Source: Pseudomonadota bacterium (GTDB taxonomy: Bacteria; Pseudomonadota; Gammaproteobacteria; Comchoanobacterales; Comchoanobacteraceae). Taken from it: 64,000 nucleotides of DNA. Where the stretch lies: NCBI GenBank assembly GCA_036121365.1, contig JAZAFR010000001.1, positions 42,026-106,025 of the forward strand, in the 5' to 3' direction. Made by a program: the position numbers and the translations under genes. Numbering within the stretch: the first letter of the stretch is position 1; each line of letters opens with the position of its first letter. The notes beneath the pieces were generated by a model. The model saw only the letters and a program-made list of their open reading frames with translations, did not search any database and was not told where the DNA came from. Below, piece after piece: positions 18,861 to 27,300 of this stretch.

Positions 18861-21707
18861 ATGCCAGCTCCCAAATCCATCTCCATTCGAGGCTGTAAAA
18901 CCCATAACCTCAAAAATGTCAGCGTCGAAATCCCCTACCATCAACTCACCGTCATCACCGGCCTGTCCGGCTCAGGTAAATCTTCACTCGCCTTTGATAC
19001 CCTCTTTGCCGAAGGCCAAAGACGCTACGTGCAATCTCTGTCCACCTACGCCAGACAATTTGTGTCCATCATGGATAAACCCGAAGTTGAATCCATCACA
19101 GGCCTGTCCCCTGCCATATCCATTGAACAGAAATCAGGCATGCATAATCCCCGATCCACCGTCGGGACCATCACCGAAATCTATGACTATATGCGCCTTC
19201 TCTATGCCAGAGTCGGACAAGCCTATTGTCCCGAACATAACGAAGCCCTCGACGCCCAAAGCACCAGCCAAATCGTCGATCAAATCCTCTCGCTACCCGC
19301 TCAAACCAAAATCATGCTCCTCGCCCCCAAACTCAAACAAAAAAAAGGCGAACACAAACAACTCCTACAAGATCTCAGACGTCAAGGCTTTATTCGCGTG
19401 CGACTCAACCAAGAAGTCGCCGAACTTGACGCACTCAACTCTCTTCCCAGTGCCCAAAAAAATGACCTCGATATCATCATCGATAGGCTCAAAGTCAAAC
19501 CCGAACACAAACAACGCCTCGCCGAATCTATAGAAACAGCCTGCGAAATATCCGAAGGTAGTGTCGTCTGCGCCTTTATCGACTCCGATCAACCAGACCT
19601 CCTCTTCTCAAATCGACTCGCCTGCAGCCAATGCGGCTACAGCGTCTCAACCCCAACCCCAAGATCTTTCTCCTTCAATAGCCCTGAAGGCGCCTGTCAC
19701 GCCTGTGATGGCCTCGGCAGTAAATCTGGATTTGATGTTGACAAACTCATCCCAGTCCCCGAAATATCCATACAAAATGGTGCCATACGTACCTGGGACA
19801 AACCCGGATCATACTATTTTCAACTCCTTGTCGGCCTCAGCCGCCATCTCGAATTCTCCCTAGAAACGCCTTGGAATCAACTCGATCCAGATATTCAAGA
19901 TATCATACTTTATGGCTCATCTCAGATCATTCCTTATACTAAAATGCGCCTCAAGGGCCGCTTTAAAATTAAAAATCGTCGTTTTGATGGTATCCTCAAA
20001 AGCATGCAAAAACGCTACCACGAAACTGAGAGCGAAATCGTCCGCACCGGCATGAGCCAATACCTCAGCGAAAAACCCTGCGAAGAATGTAATGGTACCC
20101 GCCTCAATACTCAAGCCAGACATACTCTTGTTGGTAAACATTCCCTGCCTGCCATCTCAGGATTTTCCATCGAAAGACTTGCCGACTTCTTTTCAAAACT
20201 CACACTCAGCCGCGAAAAAACCTTGATATCTGAACCCATCATGCGTGAGATTCAATCCAGAGTAGACTTTCTTTTGCACGTCGGCCTTAGCTACCTTAGC
20301 CTCAATCGTTCTGCAGGCACACTGTCTGGCGGTGAAGCACAACGCATCCGCCTTGCCAGCCAAATCGGATCAGGCCTCACCGGCGTCATGTATATCCTTG
20401 ATGAGCCCTCTATCGGCCTTCACCAACGAGACAACCAACGCCTCATCAACACCCTACACACACTCAGAGACCTAGGCAATAGCGTCATTGTTGTTGAACA
20501 CGATGAAGATACCATGATGCAAGCTGATCATCTCATTGATATCGGCCCAGGCGCCGGCGTTCATGGTGGCCAAATTGTTGCCTCCGGAACTCCCAATGAT
20601 ATCTGTAACAACCCAGACTCACTCACTGGAAAATATCTCAATGGTACGATCTCCATCACCATTCCAAAATCCAGAATGCCGTTTAACCCAGAAAAGACCC
20701 TCTCTATTACCGGCGCAAAAACCAACAATCTCAAAAATTTAAACATCCAAATCCCAGTTGGCCTGCTCAGCGTCATTACCGGTGTGTCTGGATCCGGAAA
20801 GTCAAGTCTAATCAACGATACCATCTATCCCGCCCTACATAATCGCCTCGATCGCTATGATACCCGTCTCACCGAAGGCACCTACGATGACATCACCGGG
20901 AGTAAATATTTTGACAATATCATCAAAATTGACCAAAGCCCCATAGGCCGCACACCTCGATCCAATCCTGCTACGTACACAGGTATGTTTGGTACGATAC
21001 GTGAATTATTTAGCCAGGTTCCTGAAGCCAGAAGCCGTGGATACTCTCCAGGACGCTTTAGCTTCAACGTCAGAGGCGGACGCTGTGAAGCCTGCCAAGG
21101 CGATGGCCTTAAACGTGTCGAAATGCACTTTCTTGCCGATGTCTACGTGCAATGTGATGTCTGTAAAGGCAAACGCTATAATCGAGAAACACTAGAGATT
21201 CGATACAAAGGACTGAATATTTACGAAATACTAGACCTAAGTATAGAAAAAGCTCTGGATTTTTTTGATGCCATCCCACCCATCAAACGCAAACTCTCTA
21301 CCCTCCAATCCGTTGGACTTGGCTATATCAAACTCGGCCAAAGTGCCACCACTCTTTCTGGCGGTGAAGCTCAAAGAATGAAACTCTCACGTGAGCTGTG
21401 TAAACGCGACACTGGTCGTACCTTCTATATTCTCGATGAACCCACCACAGGCCTGCATTTTCACGACATCAAACATCTACTCGAAGTACTATTCACCCTC
21501 AGAGACCACGGCAATACTGTTGTGATTATTGAACACAATCTTGATGTCATCAAAATGGCTGACTGGCTAGTGGATATTGGACCAGAAGGTGGTGACGGAG
21601 GCGGTAATCTAGTCGGACAAGGAACTCCAGAGACACTCGCTGAAATTGAATCATCGCATACAGGCCAGTTCCTGAAAAAATACCTCATGCCCGCAAAAAG
21701 TGAATAA
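18861..21707 (+). CDS. uvrA: Excinuclease ABC subunit A
   Basis: 948 aa. IRG.KTHNLKN, two Walker A motifs (GLSGSGKSS and GVSGSGKSS), two LSGGEAQR signatures and zinc-finger Cys pairs. Confidence 0.97.
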   Translation: MPAPKSISIRGCKTHNLKNVSVEIPYHQLTVITGLSGSGKSSLAFDTLFAEGQRRYVQSLSTYARQFVSIMDKPEVESITGLSPAISIEQKSGMHNPRSTVGTITEIYDYMRLLYARVGQAYCPEHNEALDAQSTSQIVDQILSLPAQTKIMLLAPKLKQKKGEHKQLLQDLRRQGFIRVRLNQEVAELDALNSLPSAQKNDLDIIIDRLKVKPEHKQRLAESIETACEISEGSVVCAFIDSDQPDLLFSNRLACSQCGYSVSTPTPRSFSFNSPEGACHACDGLGSKSGFDVDKLIPVPEISIQNGAIRTWDKPGSYYFQLLVGLSRHLEFSLETPWNQLDPDIQDIILYGSSQIIPYTKMRLKGRFKIKNRRFDGILKSMQKRYHETESEIVRTGMSQYLSEKPCEECNGTRLNTQARHTLVGKHSLPAISGFSIERLADFFSKLTLSREKTLISEPIMREIQSRVDFLLHVGLSYLSLNRSAGTLSGGEAQRIRLASQIGSGLTGVMYILDEPSIGLHQRDNQRLINTLHTLRDLGNSVIVVEHDEDTMMQADHLIDIGPGAGVHGGQIVASGTPNDICNNPDSLTGKYLNGTISITIPKSRMPFNPEKTLSITGAKTNNLKNLNIQIPVGLLSVITGVSGSGKSSLINDTIYPALHNRLDRYDTRLTEGTYDDITGSKYFDNIIKIDQSPIGRTPRSNPATYTGMFGTIRELFSQVPEARSRGYSPGRFSFNVRGGRCEACQGDGLKRVEMHFLADVYVQCDVCKGKRYNRETLEIRYKGLNIYEILDLSIEKALDFFDAIPPIKRKLSTLQSVGLGYIKLGQSATTLSGGEAQRMKLSRELCKRDTGRTFYILDEPTTGLHFHDIKHLLEVLFTLRDHGNTVVIIEHNLDVIKMADWLVDIGPEGGDGGGNLVGQGTPETLAEIESSHTGQFLKKYLMPAKSE

Positions 21708-21919
21708 CTCCGCCACATTGATTTTATTTTTAAAAGAGTACACTCCCATGTGCGCGAAAATGAATGATTACAATCAATCAATTTTTATTGGTGTTATCAC
21801 CCATGACCAATCAGACGATCACATTGATATTTTCTACCACACAATTTAAATTTTTTCTGTCTGCCAAAATCTATTGCTGAGCCAACTCAGGTGATTGTGT
21901 GCTTCATATGCTTGATCAA

Positions 21920-22591
21920 TTAACCATAAACATAAACAAGCGTGCCATTGTCTACTAAAGGCGTTATCAATTCCAGATCTTTAAGGCTCATGGTAAAACA
22001 ACCAAAGCTATTGCCCACTCGCTGATATTTATCTGCGAAAGCTTTATTGACATACCATGCATCATGGAATTCTATCGCTCTTTTGGCTGCATTGTCATTC
22101 ACCCCTTTCTCCAAACCCTCTACATGAATGACTTTGTTGAACTTACTTGGGTAATGTGAACCGGTGGTTACAAATACCCCTTTGCTTGACGTCTGTGTTC
22201 CTGGTGTGTTTGAAAACTTTTCTGCATATGCACCTCTTCCCGACCCTTTACCATGGGCCACTAAAAACTTATGCTCCACTTTTTTTGTCTGCGTGTTGTA
22301 TAAAAACAACCGTTCTTTATTTGATGGCATTGTATAATCAATTATCACAACGTACTTATCATTTGATATTCTTTTTTTGTATTTTGAAGATGCAGAATAT
22401 TGTAGTGCTTTTTTTAGCGCTTGATGATTAAGACCTTCCTCCAAATTCATAGTACTTTTTGAGTATGCAGATAGTCCCATCACCAATAGCAGGATGACCT
22501 TGTTTAGGCCAATTTTTACAAATGAACAAGCATTCCCCACCACTTGGTAAAACGAAAATCTTTGTTTGAAGAACATATTTATATATTTCAT
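21920..22591 (-). CDS. L,D-transpeptidase catalytic-domain family protein (YkuD_2-like), secreted
   Basis: N-terminal hydrophobic signal region. HGKGSG...SSKGVF, and GNSFGC near the C-terminus (catalytic Cys context). Confidence 0.75.
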   Translation of the reverse strand: MKYINMFFKQRFSFYQVVGNACSFVKIGLNKVILLLVMGLSAYSKSTMNLEEGLNHQALKKALQYSASSKYKKRISNDKYVVIIDYTMPSNKERLFLYNTQTKKVEHKFLVAHGKGSGRGAYAEKFSNTPGTQTSSKGVFVTTGSHYPSKFNKVIHVEGLEKGVNDNAAKRAIEFHDAWYVNKAFADKYQRVGNSFGCFTMSLKDLELITPLVDNGTLVYVYG

Positions 22592-22706
22592 ACTACATCC
22601 AATCTTATTATTTTTTTGAATTATATCATAGTGTTATTGTATTTTCAAGGTTGACTTTATGTCTTATTGCGTTATAATATTACATTAGTACAAATTAATA
22701 TGACCT

Positions 22707-24062
22707 ATGTTTAAAAGTATAGTCAGTGAATTTATTAAACTCATCATGGCAATCATTCAAGCAACTGGACATGCTTTTTCTAGCGCTTATACTGCAATGG
22801 CCAATTCGATATCTGCTTTTTTTACCTCCATACACACACATTTTGTCTTGCCTGTTGTTAATGCAATTCACATCGCTTTAACCGGCGTTTTTTCAGTAGT
22901 ATCCACTGTGGCCATCACCCTATTTCAAACTTGTATACTGCCTGTCATTTCGTTTGTTAACCAAGTCGTCTCAAACATACTCTATGCAACAAATATTGCC
23001 ATCCATGCCATTGCCTCGTTGGCATTTAAAATTGGCAGTGGCGTTGTTTATGCCATCCAATACTGTGCACATACAACCTGGCAATACCTCGTTATGCCCG
23101 TCGCCAACGCCATCGCATTTGTCGCTAATGTGGTCACAAATGGCATCATCCACCTTGCCAATATGACCCTAAGCGGCCTCTATTTCGTCTTCTCTTCTCT
23201 GTGGCAACACCTCGTCATGCCCGTCGCTAACGCCATCGTATTTGTCGCTAATGTGGTCACAAATGGCATCATCCACCTTGCCAATATGACTCTAAGCGGT
23301 CTCTCTTTTGTCTTCTCTTCTCTATGGCAACACCTCGTCATGCCCGTCGCTAACGCCATCGCATTTGTCGTTAATGTGGTCACAAATGGCATCATCCACC
23401 TTGCCAATATGGCGTTCACTGCATTATCAAATCTCTTCTCTCTGATCTGGATACACATACTATCACCAGTTCTCAACGCAATTGTATCTCTAGCACAACT
23501 CATCGCAAACATCGTATATACCATTGCCAGCCAAATACTATCTGCCCTTAATGGCATCGGTCAGTTTTTAAGTTTTGTTGCAGGTAAAATCTTCTGTGTT
23601 CTCTCAAAAGTTGCGCTACTTGCCAATAATTATATCTTAACCCCCTGTGCCAATGCCTTATCAGCTCTTGCTAAACTTTGCACTTTTAATAACTTAATCA
23701 ACTTTTCAGTCAACCTACTTTCTGCCATCGCATTCCCTTTCGTTGCTTTCTTATTTGTCTGCATCACTCCATCTCTTTACCCCTTATATGCCCTATATTC
23801 ATTACAATCTGCCGTTGTATTGTATCCTCTCACCAAGATTTTCCTCAAGCCAAATGTTGATGTGACTCCCTGTCAAACCACTACAGAGCCCAAAGATGCA
23901 CATAATCTACAAAAACACACTTGGAAACCTTCTAGAAACTCCATCATTATTGGCGCTGCAATCTATTCAGGACTGTTTTATTCAGGCGTCAGAATCAGCC
24001 CTAAAATCCTTGAAAAAACTGCTGCTAAATCATTGGCCATGGCTGCAACTGGTAATGCCTAA
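22707..24062 (+). CDS. Hydrophobic repeat protein (451 aa) built from ~41-aa units
   Basis: Long ORF with recurring P(V/C)(A/V/L)NA(I/L) motifs about every 41 aa. Three central units are nearly identical. Confidence 0.85.
   Translation: MFKSIVSEFIKLIMAIIQATGHAFSSAYTAMANSISAFFTSIHTHFVLPVVNAIHIALTGVFSVVSTVAITLFQTCILPVISFVNQVVSNILYATNIAIHAIASLAFKIGSGVVYAIQYCAHTTWQYLVMPVANAIAFVANVVTNGIIHLANMTLSGLYFVFSSLWQHLVMPVANAIVFVANVVTNGIIHLANMTLSGLSFVFSSLWQHLVMPVANAIAFVVNVVTNGIIHLANMAFTALSNLFSLIWIHILSPVLNAIVSLAQLIANIVYTIASQILSALNGIGQFLSFVAGKIFCVLSKVALLANNYILTPCANALSALAKLCTFNNLINFSVNLLSAIAFPFVAFLFVCITPSLYPLYALYSLQSAVVLYPLTKIFLKPNVDVTPCQTTTEPKDAHNLQKHTWKPSRNSIIIGAAIYSGLFYSGVRISPKILEKTAAKSLAMAATGNA
23088..23456. 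repeat. 123-bp tandem repeat x3, coding, near-identical
   Basis: Unit starts at 23088, 23211 and 23334 (ctcgt(t/c)atgcccgtcgc...). Encodes LVMPVANAI.FV.NVVTNGIIHLANM... Confidence 0.95.
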
Positions 24063-24182
24063 CCATAGCCCCATACACTGTTCTCGGATACATATATGAT
24101 TTTCATCATTCCTCTGCCATCATGCTGATACCTTACCATCACGCGCCTGCCTTGCTCAGTACTCGGAGACCAAAATTTCCAT

Positions 24183-24200
24183 AAAAAACAGCTGTTTTTT
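24183..24200. terminator. AT-rich palindrome between two + strand genes
   Basis: AAAAAACAGCTGTTTTTT is a perfect 18-bp palindrome, 120 nt after the stop at 24062. The stem is weak, almost all A/T. Confidence 0.3.
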
Positions 24201-24307
24201 AATTTATAATCGCTGTGTCATTTCCATATGAGCCAATATTTAAAAAAAAACGTGCATTTTTTAATTTTTTATAATAATGTATTAATATCAAAAATCGAAC
24301 AACTACT

Positions 24308-27300
24308 ATGCCTACTAATAATGGAAAGAAAAAAGGAAAAGGAAAAGGAAAAGGAAAAGGAAAACACCCTATATCCGCCTCCGCCAACTCACCTCAACCC
24401 TCTGCAAGTGATAGCAGTGTTCGGGATGAATTTTCATGGGAAGATCTCCTAAATGATATTCGCGTAGGCGCGCTTTTAGATACCACTTCTAACAAAGCAG
24501 CTATCATAAAAACCACGCTAAAAACACCAAATCAAATAGACAGAAAGGGACGTTCTCTTTGGGACCAAGTCGCAAAACTTGACAATGATTTTTTAAAGTT
24601 TGACGAACTGAAAACATTGATCCCTAATGCTGCTCGCCTTGAAACAAAACCCTATCGAGATCGCTCTCCACTAGAAATAGCCTTCTTTATGCAACACACT
24701 GAGGCTGTTAAACTGCTTTGTTATTTTGGATATAATACTGAATTAATCTCTCATACTTTTTGGTTGCACAGTTTCATACGCCACCTTAATCCAACTTATG
24801 TTAAAGACTTCTGCCTTCCCTTTATTCTCAAGACCGTTGAACCCAAATCTACTCGGGAGATGCTACATAAATTTGATAAAGAAGGTTATTGCCTACTGAC
24901 TCGGACACTTCAAAAATTTGAACACTATTTATTGAACGCCTATGCTAAAAACCCTGATGATCAAGCACTTTCTCAGTATCGTAAAGATATAGAAGATCTG
25001 TGCCTCTCAATTATAGAACATGGATTTAACCCCAGTCATGCAAGCCACCAACCCTCACTTCCTTTAAATTTTGCTATCAAACATTCCATGTTTGATCTCA
25101 CTGCAGTGCTACTAAAGAAATTTCACTATGATGAAATATCAATTCTTGATAAAGAAGGGCACACCCCACTCATGTGTGCCATTATGAATCAGGATCCTAA
25201 TTTGACTCGAGAACTGCTTAAGTTCCCTTGTGCAACCACCCCCAACACTCTAGCCCAAAATCCACTACACATTATTTGCACAGTTCCCTTTCCCTTAGAA
25301 GGTGCATTTGCAATCATAGAACTCCTTACTAAAGCCAATGTCTCTTTTGATCAGGTTGATGCCAACGGCAATACCCCTGTCATGCAAGCCTGTATTTCAC
25401 AACATCCCACCCTAGCACTGAAACTATTAGAAAAAACAAATAACCTAACCGCTATTAATGCCAAAGGTGAACATTTATTGACCATGGCCATTGAATCTAT
25501 GACCCTTGATCCAGAATTTCAGCCTGTGGTTTGTCGCCTGATTGGCCATTTTGATCAAAAAATGCATTTTCTCAAAAATAAATTTAAAGCTCTCTGTTAT
25601 CAAAAAACAGAACTGGAAAAACAAGACGGTATTCACTCACCTCAGATTGAATCTCTGAAGTCTCAGATTACAAAGACGCATGATGACCTAATGCAGTATA
25701 CCAATCTCATCACCAAAGTCTTCCCTCTGAGTGATAGAGCAACGAAACTATGCCTTGCCAAGTCACACCAGATATTGCGTCTTGATATTAAGATCAGTGT
25801 ACTCACTTTATGTTTTATTCTTCTTGATGCCGCTAAGTCCTCCAGTGCAGACAACCTCAGGCTAACAATCGAAGAACTTCTATCTATTATCTATGCACAT
25901 CGTCTCTCTGGCTCCTTAGGCGATGACCCCTTCTTTTGCGCGGTACAATTTAATCAAGTGACCATCAGTTTATTTAAACATGGGGTACTTCCTGCGCAAA
26001 AAAATTTTCCAATGATACTTTCTCAAGTAACAAAGAGTCAAGCTGCATCCCCTCTTACTCTCTCTGATCTTTCTTCTCAACAACTTGAAATAATATTTCA
26101 AATAAACGATCAATTGTCCCATATTCCCTCTTCTCCCGTTCAATCGACTGTTCTATCACCAGAGATCGATCTCTCTCCACTTGATGAAACTCCCTACGCA
26201 TACTGGCCCTTAGATTGGACTCGTAATCACTGGCCCCTACTTGGTGACCGCTTAATGTTTGAGTGTATTCAAGATTCTTACACAACTCGTGCTTTGAATT
26301 TTTTATATGACCATATCATTTCTGCTAATCTCAGCCCCTATTGCCATGTAGAAAATAGTAAAAATTTGACCAATTGCATACAAGCGCCAGTTAGAAAATC
26401 TTTGGGAGCTGTTCTTCTGAAAATTACTGCACAAAAAGTTTCCGAAATTGATGATGCCACACATAAACATGAGCTTCGCTCTACTTTTAATATTGAAAAA
26501 AGCTATCCAAAGCTCAATCCAAATCAAGTTATAAAACTTAAAACCATCTTTCCCCCATCAAAAAAAGGGGCTGGGTCTTGGATTGAGTCATTGACTTCGT
26601 ATCTGCTTGACCCAAGTAGCAAACAAGACCCCAAACACACATCATTGACTGATATTTTTCTTCAATGTATGCATGAAATCATTTGGAACGAGTATACCAT
26701 AATCATGCAAAAATCAGTCGATGTTACGATTTTATTTAAGTCTATTTTGCTGCTACATGTTGCTGATGACCCTTTGATTAGACAACGACACCTTGGCCTT
26801 TTAGCACCATTCTTACGAGTACATCAAAGCCGCTGGGAAACTCTTACTGTAATAAGCGCTCTAGGCTTATCTCCCAAATCAAGCGCGCCTTCAATATACG
26901 AACGTGTGCTTGAATCGGTTAGAGAGAAAAAACTCGATGTATCCCAAACACTCAAACTGGCAAACGACATTCTGTCTCGTCTTGAATCAAAAGATTCTGA
27001 TAAGGGAAAATATTTATGTCTGAAAGTATTTAAGCATATTACCACAAGTAACTCCTTTCTCAACGGCAACAAAGTTCTCATTGAATGGCTTAAGCTCACT
27101 CAACCTTCTTCACCTTCCCAAGTTCAAGCACTATCTCTTGCCGCTTCACAAGATCCCTGTCAACCTGCTATCGCCCCCCTGTATCTTCTCAATTACTGTA
27201 TTGACCAACATCAACAATCTGATGAACCAGATTTCATCGATGAAATCTTTAAGGACTATGTTGCCCCCCATCTGACCTACGATTTACTTTTCGAAAAATC

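Noticed and set aside
18545-19592. ORFs 18545..18745, 18549..18815, 18835..19533(+) and 19365..19592(-) around the uvrA start
   Set aside because: The products are Pro/Ser/Thr-rich and arise from the C-rich, stop-poor + strand. They overlap the unmistakable uvrA frame or the spacer. There is no independent support.
23088-23456. Regular 123-bp repeats, considered as a possible CRISPR-like or non-coding array
   Set aside because: The units abut with no spacers, are in frame, and lie inside a continuous ORF. This is a coding tandem repeat.
24255-24290. PmrA-like tandem TTAAT half-sites upstream of the ANK giant gene, with a similar pair at 43691-43712 (ATTAATATA-GT-ATTAAATTG)
   Set aside because: The spacing to the -10 element and the half-site matches are imperfect, and TTAAT-like words are expected by chance in AT-rich promoters. 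This needs a genome-wide motif search.
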